From Candidatus Methanogaster sp. (GTDB taxonomy: Archaea; Halobacteriota; Methanosarcinia; Methanosarcinales; Methanogasteraceae), in the NCBI GenBank assembly GCA_003194445.1, contig PQXF01000009.1, forward strand, positions 12,194 through 68,203: 56,010 nt of DNA. Reading direction: 5' to 3'. The translations under genes were made by a program, and so were the position numbers. Shown here one piece after another: positions 7,853 to 18,628 of this stretch (position 1 is its first letter; each line of letters starts with the position of its first letter). The notes beneath the pieces were generated by a model. The model searched no databases, was not told the DNA's origin, and worked only from the letters and a program-made list of their open reading frames with translations.

Positions 7853-10036
7853 TCACTTCACCACCTCGTAATACTCTCCAAAGTCGCCCGGTGTGCACAG
7901 TTTTCCCATCTTCTGAAATTCCCTCTTCGTGGCTCTGACCAGATGTCCCATCTCAACAGTGGCAGAGTCTCCTGCCGCCAGAAAAGCAGCCGAAAGGGCG
8001 ATATTTTTGATATTGCCACCTGTTACTTTAAATCTAGCCAGAAATGTAAAATCAACATCATCTCCAAGTGGCGTTTCTTCAGGGAATATGCCCTCCCATA
8101 TCTTCTCCCGCAACTTTTCATCAGGGAGTGGAAACTCTATTACAAAGTGCATCCGGCGAAGGAACGCATCGTCGATATTCTTCTTGAAGTTGCTGGCGAG
8201 GATCACTACCCCGTCATACTCCTCCATCCTCTGAAGCAGATAACTTGTCTCGATGTTGGCATACCGATCATGAGAGTCCTTAACCTCTGACCGTTTTCCA
8301 AAGATTGCATCGGCTTCATCGAAGAACAAGATGGCGTTACTGGTCTCGGCATCCTCAAAGATTTTCTTAAGGTTCTTTTCAGTTTCGCCTATATATTTGC
8401 TGACCACGCCGGATAAATCAATCCTGTATATATCCAGTTCCACAACACCTGCAATGATCCCGGAAGCCATCGTTTTGCCCGTTCCGGATGGGCCTGAAAA
8501 GAGTGCATTTAGCCCCCTGCCCGACGACAATTTCCTGCCAAACCCCCAATCCGCATACACCTTTCCTTTATGTTTGATATATCCACTCACTTCCACCAGC
8601 TGTTCTTTTACGTCCTCCGGAAGGACTATGTCATCCCAGATGTGACGGGGTTCTATCTTCATGGCTAATCTAGTGAGTTTGTTGCCGGATTGTGCCTTGC
8701 ACCCCCCAAAAAGCGTATCCATGGACAAGACTGGTTCTCCGGAATTTTTCATCTCTGCGATGTTGCATGCTGAGAAGAGGGCGTCCTTCATCTGACCGGC
8801 ACTAAAGTTGAATTTGCTGGCAATATTCGCAATATCCACATCATCAGATACGTTATTACGCCCGTTTAAGAAGGTTTTCCACATTTGTTTACGAAGCACA
8901 AAGGACGGACGAGGAAATGCAAGACTGACAAATTTGTGCTTTTTGAGGACTAACGTCGGTTCCCACTGGGTCTCGCTAGATATGAAAATCCAGTTTGGAA
9001 AACGATCCAGCCTTTTAATAAGGTTTATCACAGCCGTTCCCTCATCATTGTCCGCCGCTTTCAACACCGCATCAAAACCCAGAAGGCACACCGATGATCT
9101 CTGTAGCAGGGCTTCACGAAGGATGGCATCCATTGTTTCAGGAAACTCACTCCCGATAACAGCCTTCATATCCACCATAAGCAGGGGTAGTTTCAATTCA
9201 TTGCAAACCACCTCTGACGCCATCTTCTTTCCAGTGCCATACGGTCCATGGAAGAAGAATATTACAGGAGTTTCCGTGCGAGAATACCATTTTATCAGAC
9301 TTGACAACCGGTTTTTTTCATCACCAGATAGAATAAGGTCTTCAAAACGATTTCGCATATCTGCCATATATGAAAAACTCCGAATTCTAGCATCCACCTC
9401 ATCAGATCCCATAAGAAAGTATAGTATCCTGTCATCTACTTTTATAGATCTGGACAAGATCGGTACCGGATCATCCAATCTCGGGGATGTGAGATGGACT
9501 ATGCGGTTTCGGATCAGAGGCGCAGCTGGAGAAAAACAATTTATGGCCGCAAACCTATCCTCTGTTGAGCTGAGAAGACCTAATACCAGATCAACACTGG
9601 GCTGTTTTCTAGTAACATCATCTTGAAGATAGGCGTAGAGTTTTTCGTATTGCAGATCAAGTTCCGGTGCCAGACATATCGCAAGAACGCCCATCTCAAA
9701 AGGGGTGAGATGAAACAGCTCCTCAAGCAGGTGGAGGCGCAGTTCTTTTCCGTTCTCGATGCTTTCGATTTTCTTTTTAGCAATTTCTCTGGTAAGTCTT
9801 TCGATTTCCCGGTGTTCTGTGGCAGAACATGCATCTGCCTCGTGGCCATAGAGGGTGGTTTGCAAAATAGCGTCCACTTCATCTCGCGATATGAATAATC
9901 CATGGAAACTGTTCGCGTTCACCTGCTCTACCCCATAATCATCAAGGTGCAGATGAACTATCTGCTTGATCCGGTAAAGCTCGTCGCGAATATGTTCAAG
10001 ATTGCTATTGTAAACACTCGTGTTGTGGTGGTGCAT
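7853..10036 (-). CDS. eCIS AAA+ ATPase (Afp15/Pvc15-like) with N-terminal winged-helix region
   Basis: LAPELD..YE.LYAYLQDDVTRK.PS; Walker A GPSGTGKT; VVSKYIGETEKNL; FFDEADA.FGKRSEVKDSHDRYAN. Confidence 0.95.
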   Translation of the reverse strand: MHHHNTSVYNSNLEHIRDELYRIKQIVHLHLDDYGVEQVNANSFHGLFISRDEVDAILQTTLYGHEADACSATEHREIERLTREIAKKKIESIENGKELRLHLLEELFHLTPFEMGVLAICLAPELDLQYEKLYAYLQDDVTRKQPSVDLVLGLLSSTEDRFAAINCFSPAAPLIRNRIVHLTSPRLDDPVPILSRSIKVDDRILYFLMGSDEVDARIRSFSYMADMRNRFEDLILSGDEKNRLSSLIKWYSRTETPVIFFFHGPYGTGKKMASEVVCNELKLPLLMVDMKAVIGSEFPETMDAILREALLQRSSVCLLGFDAVLKAADNDEGTAVINLIKRLDRFPNWIFISSETQWEPTLVLKKHKFVSLAFPRPSFVLRKQMWKTFLNGRNNVSDDVDIANIASKFNFSAGQMKDALFSACNIAEMKNSGEPVLSMDTLFGGCKAQSGNKLTRLAMKIEPRHIWDDIVLPEDVKEQLVEVSGYIKHKGKVYADWGFGRKLSSGRGLNALFSGPSGTGKTMASGIIAGVVELDIYRIDLSGVVSKYIGETEKNLKKIFEDAETSNAILFFDEADAIFGKRSEVKDSHDRYANIETSYLLQRMEEYDGVVILASNFKKNIDDAFLRRMHFVIEFPLPDEKLREKIWEGIFPEETPLGDDVDFTFLARFKVTGGNIKNIALSAAFLAAGDSATVEMGHLVRATKREFQKMGKLCTPGDFGEYYEVVK

Positions 10037-10108
10037 CAGATGAATAAATAGTCAAACAACCATGAGGCGCTCTTCCGAAGATGGGGTATCCATAGTACCC
10101 ATAAGTCC

Positions 10109-10456
10109 TCATTTCACATCCTCATCGCTGATTTGTTTGTATGCCTCCATCAAAATGTGATGGTCAGAGTGAGTACCACATCGTTTAAACCGGTCCACCA
10201 GCAACAAGAGTTTTTGAGTCAAATAATCGGTCAGATTTTTCTCTTCAGCAAATGCCATTGCGATGCTTTTCAATTCTTTTTTGGATAAATTTCTTCTGGG
10301 AAAATCCCCCTCAACCAGATTAAAAACATATCCGCACTCTGAATGCCCAAATGTAGGGGTTGACGGACCTGACGTCGTCTTAATGAAATCCTTGAACTTT
10401 GTACCCGGGTCGATGAATCTTCCGCACTCACATAATGTCCTATTGGATGTTGTCAT
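10109..10456 (-). CDS. Hypothetical protein with CxC...HxxC putative Zn site, upstream of and co-oriented with the eCIS operon
   Basis: ORF from MTTSNR; CECG and HSECG motifs. Confidence 0.55.
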   Translation of the reverse strand: MTTSNRTLCECGRFIDPGTKFKDFIKTTSGPSTPTFGHSECGYVFNLVEGDFPRRNLSKKELKSIAMAFAEEKNLTDYLTQKLLLLVDRFKRCGTHSDHHILMEAYKQISDEDVK

Positions 10457-10901
10457 ATCGGCACCCCTAAAGCCGGTCCAAGGTGACGGAACGACTCCTC
10501 TACCACAGGAGGTTTCATCGCACAATTGCTCGCCCCTGCATCTTAAACCGACACACATATATATGAGCGTTCTGCTATTTAAGCATTCTTGTGAACTCAG
10601 TAGTTCCGAATACCCCTACTTCCGAATACATTTATATTCTATAAAACATAGTCGCCTCACCCAACAAATGAGGTGATGGACGACTATACCTGACTTTCGG
10701 TGAATTGAAATAGCCTGTCCTTTTATCGTCACAGAACATATATAGAATTATCAATGATAACAACGCGATTGAAGAATAGACGTTTTAAAAGGGTGGAACG
10801 TGCCATACCTACGTGACATCTTTTGGACTGTAATTTACGTTTCGCCGAAAATCGAGATGTAACGATATATCGAAGAGGTGCATAAGCTGAATGACGGACG
10901 A

Positions 10902-11156
10902 TTACTGAGAATGGAGTACGTCATGCCACCGTGACACCTTTTGGTGATGTGTCGAGGCATCACCGAAAAGTGGGTCATATTTCCGACAACTATTCGAACT
11001 CAGATCCAAACCCAGCTCATCAAGCACAACCTGACAATCCTCGCCACGATCCCTGACCCGCATGATCCATTCGAGACGCTTACGACCTTCTTCAACCTGA
11101 TTTGAAGAAAACTCATCAGACAATGCATTCATCAACCCTTTCGGAATTTTCCCCAT
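10902..11156 (-). CDS. Hypothetical protein
   Basis: Short ORF starting MGKIPKG with plausible composition; no family recognised. Confidence 0.4.
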   Translation of the reverse strand: MGKIPKGLMNALSDEFSSNQVEEGRKRLEWIMRVRDRGEDCQVVLDELGLDLSSNSCRKYDPLFGDASTHHQKVSRWHDVLHSQ

Positions 11157-11440
11157 AATACAACCACCCATTATACATGAATTGATTAACTATAACACAG
11201 CATACACCTCGAGCTATACCCTCTTATATATTGTGCACAAAGATATACATGATTGGTTTGCGCAACACAGAACTTCGGAAAAAGTGCATATCCGATGACA
11301 TGGATATCCACCCATTTCTCCACAATTATCGAACCACCATGTCCAACAAAAACACCAATAACTCCATGATAGTAGAAGGTAAGTCTATTTTGATTCACCG
11401 AAATTCGAGTACAAACACCTGACGTTGCTAAATAGGCATA

Positions 11441-11755
11441 ATGGAGGTGATTGCAGAGTACTCAGGCGAGCAGGTAACGGTCGTAGAGACTGGTTGGATA
11501 GCTGAGGACGAGTTTGGCAGGAAACGACCAGCTACGGTCACATACGTAATATCCGGGTGGAATGTTATGGTTAATGCTGAAAGCGTTGCATATTTCAATC
11601 AAACCCTCCCTGTATACGCTGAGTTTGTCGATTTCATGGCTTTCGACCCAGGCAGCGCAACAATCACACGCAAGAACAGGAATGCGGTCCAGAAAGGAAG
11701 CTCGTTTAATGAGTACCTGGTCTCTGATCTGGGCGCATTCCAGTCAAACAGTTAA
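11441..11755 (+). CDS. Hypothetical protein
   Basis: 104-aa ATG ORF filling an otherwise empty interval; no family recognised. Confidence 0.5.
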   Translation: MEVIAEYSGEQVTVVETGWIAEDEFGRKRPATVTYVISGWNVMVNAESVAYFNQTLPVYAEFVDFMAFDPGSATITRKNRNAVQKGSSFNEYLVSDLGAFQSNS

Positions 11756-11841
11756 AAGAAGCTACAGGGGATGGAGCCACTATATCAGAGGCTCCACCGC
11801 TCTTATTTTTTTGATTGCCACAACCTATAGTCACGCACCTG

Positions 11842-13167
11842 CTACAGATCAACCACCCGAATCGCAAGACCTGCGACCTCCACAGCACTTCTCCCAAGAA
11901 TCCGCACCATCGCCTCTTTTCCGACGCCGCCCGCATCCCAGATCACCTGTGGCACAGAACCAGCCTCCGTAATCGCATACTCTGCACCCCAGTCCATCGT
12001 CTTGTGGTGCGGCGGCTCGTCCTTCCGGTCAAACGACGCCATCGTGTAGCCGCACTCCTCACAGGCAGAGATGACGCCTTCTGAATACCTGATATTCATC
12101 GCGCTTCTAATCATCGGATCGAACTGCATGACCGCAAGGATGAGCCGTGCGATGTGCGACGACGCACCGAACTCGGCGCATCCGACTGCGCGTGCCCTGC
12201 CACCGCCGATCTTGGCAATCCTTCCCCTGACTGCGGCAACGTCGCCTACCGATTGTGCCTCCGGAATCGCACTTCCGATGTTGCATCCGACCTCAGGGAT
12301 CAGTGACGCGAATGATCGAGAGCCCTCGATCGCTTTTACAGCGGCGCTGACATCAGCGATTGCACGGTACCGCGCAGCATCGCGGGTAACCCCCCGGGTC
12401 TGGTTGACCGGAGCAACTCCTCTGCCTATACCGGAAGAGTTCGCGATCGCTTCTTCGACAAAAACCTTTGCAGCAGTACATGCATCCGAAACAGAAAGTC
12501 CCTTCGCAAGATACGCTGCAAGCGCTGCCGAGTACGTGCAGCCTGCGCCATGTGTCCCTCCCGCGATAAGACCCCCTGCCCCCCGAATTAGTCGAGGGGA
12601 CTCGATCATACCATCGCTGCTCTCACAGAGCACGTCGGCGCCATCGAGATGCCCGCCAGTGATGACAGCAGCCCGGCATCCGAGTGTGGCGATTGCTGCC
12701 GCAGCACGCATCGCATCCTCAATACTCCGGATCCGGATGCCGGTTATGGCAGAAGTTTCATAGACGTTTGGCGTGACCGCGGATGCAAGCGGGATCAGAA
12801 CTGATACCAGTGCATCCAGCGCATCCTCTGCCAGTAGCGACCCGCCCGCCTCTGCAGCCATCACAGGATCGAGCACGAACGGGATGCCCTCAACCTCCCT
12901 TGCCACTGTGCGGACTATTCTCTCAGATGACAGCATCCCAATTTTTACATAATCAACTCTTATATCGCTTGTTACGGCACGGATCTGGTCGACAATCACA
13001 TCTTTTGGAAGATCATAGACGCGCTCCACCCCAAGCGTGTTCTGCGCGGTTACTGAGGTGATCGCGCAGGCGCCATGTATCCCGAGCGCGGCAAACGTCT
13101 TCAGATCAGCTTCTATGCCTGCACCGCCGCCGGAATCGGATCCTGCTATGGTCAGTATGCATTGCAT
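11842..13167 (-). CDS. thiD: Bifunctional HMP/HMP-P kinase and thiamine-phosphate synthase (ThiDN)
   Basis: [30 protein letters not shown]; C-terminal ThiN domain LIPEVG.N, FGASSH.AR, GKEAM. Confidence 0.95.
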   Translation of the reverse strand: MQCILTIAGSDSGGGAGIEADLKTFAALGIHGACAITSVTAQNTLGVERVYDLPKDVIVDQIRAVTSDIRVDYVKIGMLSSERIVRTVAREVEGIPFVLDPVMAAEAGGSLLAEDALDALVSVLIPLASAVTPNVYETSAITGIRIRSIEDAMRAAAAIATLGCRAAVITGGHLDGADVLCESSDGMIESPRLIRGAGGLIAGGTHGAGCTYSAALAAYLAKGLSVSDACTAAKVFVEEAIANSSGIGRGVAPVNQTRGVTRDAARYRAIADVSAAVKAIEGSRSFASLIPEVGCNIGSAIPEAQSVGDVAAVRGRIAKIGGGRARAVGCAEFGASSHIARLILAVMQFDPMIRSAMNIRYSEGVISACEECGYTMASFDRKDEPPHHKTMDWGAEYAITEAGSVPQVIWDAGGVGKEAMVRILGRSAVEVAGLAIRVVDL

Positions 13168-13181
13168 ACACTATCGTTGCA

Positions 13182-13760
13182 TCATTTTTCGCTCGAAAGA
13201 GCCATCGCTGCGACGATCGAGTCAACACCGTCCAACCATTCTGCAACCAGCCCATCCGGCACGTCAAAGATGATCTCCGGCATGGGCTTACCAGATAGTA
13301 CCTGTGCACCAACCGTGCTTATGCATTCCAGCGCCTTTTCCGGATCATCCTCCTCTGTTTCGATCGCAGTCTTGACCAGTTTAGGAAGCGTAGTCCTCGT
13401 ATTGTATGATCCGCGGATATAGCATTCGCATGAAACAAGCGCGCCGAGCAGCGAAGATTGGAGCGACTGGATCATCATATCAACATCATCGTTAATCGGG
13501 GAAACCTCACATAGCACAATCTCGCTGATGCCTGAAATCGCATTTAACGCATTATCTGCTGACATTTTTTTCGCATTCCGTTCGGAAATGATATTCAGGC
13601 ATGAAAGTATAACATCATCCATCATATTGACAAACACCTCAGTACTGCTTCCGGATTCATCGTCTATCTGAAAGTTACTCTCTTTCACGTTCTGAATCCA
13701 ATTGTCCCAGCGTTCTTTTGTGTAATATTGAGCTTCAGTCTCTTTTTCTGACTTCTTCAT
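13182..13760 (-). CDS. DUF2150 family protein (methanogen marker-like)
   Basis: YYT.ERW.NW, GAQV..G, VAEWLDG.DSI.AAM. Confidence 0.85.
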   Translation of the reverse strand: MKKSEKETEAQYYTKERWDNWIQNVKESNFQIDDESGSSTEVFVNMMDDVILSCLNIISERNAKKMSADNALNAISGISEIVLCEVSPINDDVDMMIQSLQSSLLGALVSCECYIRGSYNTRTTLPKLVKTAIETEEDDPEKALECISTVGAQVLSGKPMPEIIFDVPDGLVAEWLDGVDSIVAAMALSSEK

Positions 13761-13842
13761 GGTAAACTTCCTTCTGTATGTGGTCTGTTATTAATGTTAA
13801 CCTCAGCATACCCATATTAGAAAAGGCGATCAAGGGGGGTGT

Positions 13843-16446
13843 ATGAAGCGCGCTGATTTCATATACCAGGATATGCGCTGGCAGATGCTGACCCGGAACA
13901 GGGCAACGACACTGGGCAATCTATCCGAACTGAAAAACATCATCAGAGAGCATATCGCAAGCGAACTTCCGGTATCCGAACTGACTTCCAGTCTGATCGT
14001 TGCTTTGACTGAAACAGACGATACCGAAATCCTCGGCAAGGCAACTCTCGTGAGCAGGGATTTTTTGACAAAACTGACCGAGAATATAACCAAATTCCCA
14101 ACCGGCCAACTTCCGGTCTTGTTTGCATCCTTGCAACTCTTTGCAGTCGAGCCCGGGCAGTATGGACTTGAGACTACCGAGAACCCGGATTCGGAGATCA
14201 ACCGGATGACTGGCAGGGAGATTGAGGATCGCAAGAAGATGCAGAACACATACAAGGAGGCGCAGGACCTGCTGGCAGAGGCGAAGCGTCTGCGTGCTCT
14301 TGCCATAACAGCACTGCTTAAATTCTTTGGGCGGGATGAGTTTTCCGGTATAGATAATTATATAAAAGATGAATTACCACCTCTGATCACCGCTCTTAAC
14401 GCTGATGGGAGGTACAGGCCGTTTAGAACCTCGCTTGCCGCAAACATCAGTGACAAATTATATCGATTTGCCAATCGAACCGATGATCCTGCGCTTGCAG
14501 AACTGCTCCACAAATTAATTAGTAAAAAATATATAAAGTTCGGAACATCCGGGTTCAGGGCATTCGTGGACAAGGATTTCACCAGCGAAAGATCTGATTT
14601 CGTAACCGTTGCGATATGTAACGATCTCGAGACCTCCCAGAGTAAGGGCGGGATGCCCGTCGTGATCACTTATGACACACGGATCGGTGCACGGGAGTTT
14701 GCGCTTGAGAGTGCGAAGGTGTTTCTCTCGCGTGGGTTTCCTGTGCGGTTTGCAGAGGAGCCATCACCCACAGGCGCTCTGGTGTACTGGCTTAGGGAGG
14801 TGGAAGAGAATAATGCGGCAGGTGGCGAGAATATGACCCCGAGCCACAATCCACTCTCGACCCAGGGGCAGCGATGGAGCATGGAGAACGGCGATGTTGC
14901 CCCGACATCGGTCACCGACCGGATCGAGAGGGAAGCGAATATTCTGTGCATGAGAGATCAGCCCCCCCTGAAATATGATCTTTCGAAGGCGGAAGCGGAA
15001 GGCAAGTTTGTGTACGTTGATATGCGAGAGAAATACACCGCATACATCGCAGATTTCTTAAGATCGCAGAGACTGGACAAGCTTCTTCTGGGTTTCTATT
15101 CGCAGCCAGAGCACAGGTTCATCCATAACGCGATGAATGGTGTTGCAAGGGGCTATATCCAGGAAATATTCGAGAAACTCGGAATTCCCGCGGAATCCGT
15201 CTTTCCGATGGATTCAGGGAAGGACGATCTTTTAGGTCTCCGATTCTATGCCAATCCTGAGGAGCAGTGGCTTCTCCCGACTGCGGATCGATTGGAACGG
15301 GTCGGTGCACTCTTTGAGTGCGCAAACGATACCGACGGCGATCGCTGCGGTGGAATCCTTGACCGGGATGGTTTTATCAACCTTAACAAACTTCTTGCCA
15401 TGATCTGCGATTTCGTGATCAGGGGGCTTGCCTGGGAGAACCATATCGTGATACGGACCGGAACCACGTCCACTGCAATCGATGATGTGGTGCGGACACT
15501 ATCCGAGGACGGCGGATATGATATACCGACGCCGGAATGGGATCGGGTCAATTCGCTGATCCGGCATCCGTTTTACAGCATCAGAAAGGTTACTGGTGAT
15601 GTCGAATACGCGCTCACATTGCAACGGTTCCCGTGCATCGATACCGAGGTCGGCTTCAAATACATCTCTGCCGCGATGAAAAGATACGATCTGCCGGCAG
15701 CGGTTGCAGGCGAGGAGAGTGGCGGCTTCACGGTCAAGCGGTTCCCTGACAAGGACGGGATCATCGGTATATGTATGATCGCGTCCATGATCGCATGGCA
15801 CGAAAAGCCACCTGGTGAGATATGGCGGGAACATACGGAAAGGTATGGCGAAAAATACGACAAACGGCTCGACATCTGGGCTCCGAACAACCCAAAGGAG
15901 AATATAATCAATTCATGGCTCGACAACCCTCCAGAGTCGATCGCAGGGCAAGACGTGCTCTGGGCGGGTGGCACATACCACGACAAGGTCGAGTTCGTGC
16001 TGCAGGATCCTGGCGGGGGGACGATCTCCCGCCTCCTTGTGCGGGCGAGCGGAACTGAGGAGATAAACCGGATATACATTGAAAGCAGCGATGAACAGGT
16101 CTTGCAGGTCATCAGGCAGGCTGCGCTAGATCGGTTGAACGAGTTAATAATCGAGGACGTCGGGACTGCCGCGAACCATCACGATCTTTCTGACAGGATA
16201 GCCTCCACCGGCATGACGTTCATGACGGAATCCGACCGGAAGCGGTATTTCGATGCGGTTAGGGCGAGGATGGACGCGCTTGCTGCAACGGAGGGTGAAG
16301 AGCCGGGCACGATCTACAGGCGGGTGCTCCATCTGCTGACGCTTGACATAGACCGGGATGTCAATGTGCGGCATCTTGCATGGGGTGTTGACATCGGGGC
16401 AGAATACTATCAGAGGATCTTTGGACCGGAGTTGGGGGCTTTTTAA
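13843..16446 (+). CDS. Phosphohexomutase (PGM/PMM family) with long N- and C-terminal extensions
   Basis: IKFGTSGFR, YDTR, catalytic TPSHNP, metal loop DTDGDR, VGFKYI, GEESGG, DKDG, RASGTE. Confidence 0.9.
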   Translation: MKRADFIYQDMRWQMLTRNRATTLGNLSELKNIIREHIASELPVSELTSSLIVALTETDDTEILGKATLVSRDFLTKLTENITKFPTGQLPVLFASLQLFAVEPGQYGLETTENPDSEINRMTGREIEDRKKMQNTYKEAQDLLAEAKRLRALAITALLKFFGRDEFSGIDNYIKDELPPLITALNADGRYRPFRTSLAANISDKLYRFANRTDDPALAELLHKLISKKYIKFGTSGFRAFVDKDFTSERSDFVTVAICNDLETSQSKGGMPVVITYDTRIGAREFALESAKVFLSRGFPVRFAEEPSPTGALVYWLREVEENNAAGGENMTPSHNPLSTQGQRWSMENGDVAPTSVTDRIEREANILCMRDQPPLKYDLSKAEAEGKFVYVDMREKYTAYIADFLRSQRLDKLLLGFYSQPEHRFIHNAMNGVARGYIQEIFEKLGIPAESVFPMDSGKDDLLGLRFYANPEEQWLLPTADRLERVGALFECANDTDGDRCGGILDRDGFINLNKLLAMICDFVIRGLAWENHIVIRTGTTSTAIDDVVRTLSEDGGYDIPTPEWDRVNSLIRHPFYSIRKVTGDVEYALTLQRFPCIDTEVGFKYISAAMKRYDLPAAVAGEESGGFTVKRFPDKDGIIGICMIASMIAWHEKPPGEIWREHTERYGEKYDKRLDIWAPNNPKENIINSWLDNPPESIAGQDVLWAGGTYHDKVEFVLQDPGGGTISRLLVRASGTEEINRIYIESSDEQVLQVIRQAALDRLNELIIEDVGTAANHHDLSDRIASTGMTFMTESDRKRYFDAVRARMDALAATEGEEPGTIYRRVLHLLTLDIDRDVNVRHLAWGVDIGAEYYQRIFGPELGAF

Positions 16447-16529
16447 TTTCTTCGGGGAGATCGGGTCATGAAGAAAATTATTGAACCCATTTTCATAAAC
16501 TACCAAAAAAAAGTCTCGGAACTGATACC

Positions 16530-17162
16530 ATGAGAATCGTGATACCATTTAAGAAAGAGAACGCCAAATCCCGCCTCTCTGGCGTGCTAACACCAGATGA
16601 GCGCGGCCTGCTCGCGGTTGCGATGCTTTATGATGTGCTCGATGCAATCGATGGCTTCGCGGTCGATATCCTCACGCCATCGATCTTTGACGACGCGCGC
16701 ACCGATCCGCACATCCTGCTCAGTGAATCCGGATTAAACGATGCGCTAAACGAGTATCTATCCAATGTGGCAGAGTACGGATGCGATCCTGTCATGATCG
16801 TGATGGCTGACCTGCCGCTCCTGAAGAGCCGGCACGTGCGAGAGATTGCGAATTCGGACGCCGATCTGGTGATCGCACCCGGCAAGGGCGGGGGGACCAA
16901 TATCCTCTCTATCAAAGATCCGTCTCGGTTCAGAACGGATTACTACGGCACGAGTTTTCTTGATCATCTCAGAATCGCATGCGACAACGGTCTCTCAGTC
17001 GAGGTCTACGACTCGTTTGCAGCAGCGAACGACATCGATGAACCAGACGATCTCGTGGAACTGCTGATACATGGAACAGGAGAGGCTGCGCGTACGCTCG
17101 CAGATGATATTGGATTTGTTGTTGCGGTGCGCGATGGCAGGGCGCAGGTTGAGCGGTTGTGA
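16530..17162 (+). CDS. cofC: 2-phospho-L-lactate/PEP guanylyltransferase (F420 biosynthesis)
   Basis: IPFK..NAKSRLS.VL...ER, GLN.ALN, MADLPL, PGKGGGTN, DIDEPDDL.ELL.HG. Confidence 0.95.
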   Translation: MRIVIPFKKENAKSRLSGVLTPDERGLLAVAMLYDVLDAIDGFAVDILTPSIFDDARTDPHILLSESGLNDALNEYLSNVAEYGCDPVMIVMADLPLLKSRHVREIANSDADLVIAPGKGGGTNILSIKDPSRFRTDYYGTSFLDHLRIACDNGLSVEVYDSFAAANDIDEPDDLVELLIHGTGEAARTLADDIGFVVAVRDGRAQVERL

Positions 17163-17338
17163 TCGGTCAACCCGGTTTACGCTGCAACCTTTGTGCGAGG
17201 AGAATATTTATAAATATATACTGATCAATAGAATCCGCCAAATCAGCACTAAACCATGACAGCACACAACACAGGACGGACAGAACCACATCGTATGGCC
17301 GACGACACCGTGGTCTTGCGGTACACGGGTGATGCGAG

Positions 17339-17950
17339 ATGAAGCGAGTAACAATCATCGCAAAGGGCGAGGTGCAGAGAGTTGGATACAGAGACATTGT
17401 GGAAAAGATCGCTCGCAAACTACATTTGGCAGGTTATGTCGAGAATCTGAAACCTTACGATGTTAAGATCGTTGCAGAAGGAGATGAAAGAAGTCTCGAC
17501 GAGTTTCTAACTCGGATCCGGATAGACAAGCATCCGGTATCTCCGATATCTGTTGAAGATATTGATGTCGAATTCGGAGCAGCGACAGGCGAATTCGAGT
17601 ACTTTGAGATCAGGCGGGGCGATTGGACAGAGGAACTGAGAGCGTATGGACGTGGTAGTAGCGTTGCTCTATCGGTCTGTAGAACTTGGAATAGAATCTG
17701 TGGGAATCGGGAGAGAGATGCTCGGTAAGCAGGATCAGATGATCGACAAGCAAAACATTCGCACCCACGTCTTGACTGAGTTTCGGGATCAGACACAGCA
17801 GAACTTCGATGTTTTGGATGTGAAATACGAAAAAGATATCTGATGGTGTGGAGAGGGCCATTGATGAGATGCGTGACGAGGAGGGAATTGCGCGCATCGG
17901 TGAATAATCTAACAGATGCGATCGTCGAACTTGCAAGGTCCATAAAGTAA
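17339..17950 (+). pseudogene. Acylphosphatase-domain protein with C-terminal coiled coil, frameshifted
   Basis: GEVQRVGYR, GYVENL...V.IVAEG; reading continues ...WTEEL/(G)ERMDV after a frame break at ~17640, with further breaks near 17832 and 17880, ending LARSIK* at 17950. Confidence 0.75.
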
Positions 17951-18041
17951 GAGTTGGATATGGGGTGTCGCGTGAGTGATCAAAAGCAAGGGCACAGCAA
18001 TATCATTTTTCAGATACTATTGATCTGCTGTACTATATTTA

Positions 18042-18114
18042 AGCCTCGGGCGAGATTTGAACTCGCGACCTAGTGATTACAAATCACTCGCTCTGCCAGC
18101 TGAGCCACCGAGGC
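18042..18114 (-). tRNA. tRNA-Thr(UGU)
   Basis: GCCTCGGTGGCTCAGCTGGCAGAGCG-AGTGA-TT-TGT-AA-TCACT-AGGTC-GCGAG-TTCAAAT-CTCGC-CCGAGGC-T forms a cloverleaf; CCA not encoded. Confidence 0.97.
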
Positions 18115-18122
18115 GTCGCACA

Positions 18123-18512
18123 TTATGCAGGGATAAACTTGGTGCCATAGTATATGATACCAGCGGCACCATCTTCGCCAAGTTTCCTGAATATCGGCTT
18201 CACGCGCATCCCGATTGCGATCGCATCATTGTCGCAGACCACCTGTCCGGTCATGCGCGGACCCTCGTCCAGTTGGATGATCGCAAGTGGGTATGGTGTC
18301 TGCATATCGAATTCCTCAGATGCGGTATGGATGATCGTGTAGGTGACTACCTCGCCATGTCCTTTGAACTGGTATTCCTCGATGCTGCCATCCCTGCGGC
18401 AGTTAGGGCACATCGTTCTCGGCGGGAAGTAGTATTCGCCGCAGGTATTACACCTTGTTCCGATCAGGTTGTACCTGCTGCTGATATGTCTCCAGAATCT
18501 CGGTACACTCAT
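18123..18512 (-). CDS. DUF35 Zn-ribbon/OB-fold protein (thiolase/HMG-CoA synthase scaffold family)
   Basis: MSVPRFWR....RYNL.G..C..CG..YFPPR..CP.C, G.V.TYT, FRK..EDG..G.I.YG.KF. Confidence 0.92.
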   Translation of the reverse strand: MSVPRFWRHISSRYNLIGTRCNTCGEYYFPPRTMCPNCRRDGSIEEYQFKGHGEVVTYTIIHTASEEFDMQTPYPLAIIQLDEGPRMTGQVVCDNDAIAIGMRVKPIFRKLGEDGAAGIIYYGTKFIPA

Positions 18513-18628
18513 GTGATATATACTCTTGTGCAGTAACACTTAAAGATAGTTGCCTGTGCCAGCCAGATAACAATACTTATATATGCCGACACACGTATCC
18601 ATAATGCGAGGCATAGGAGGCATCCGCA

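Noticed and set aside
1-10036. Prophage tail module
   Set aside because: Pvc16 and the Afp15-like ATPase are eCIS hallmarks, and no head, packaging or integrase genes are present in the window
18042-18114. tRNA-Thr as an island attachment site
   Set aside because: I found no second copy of its 3' end and no integrase in the window
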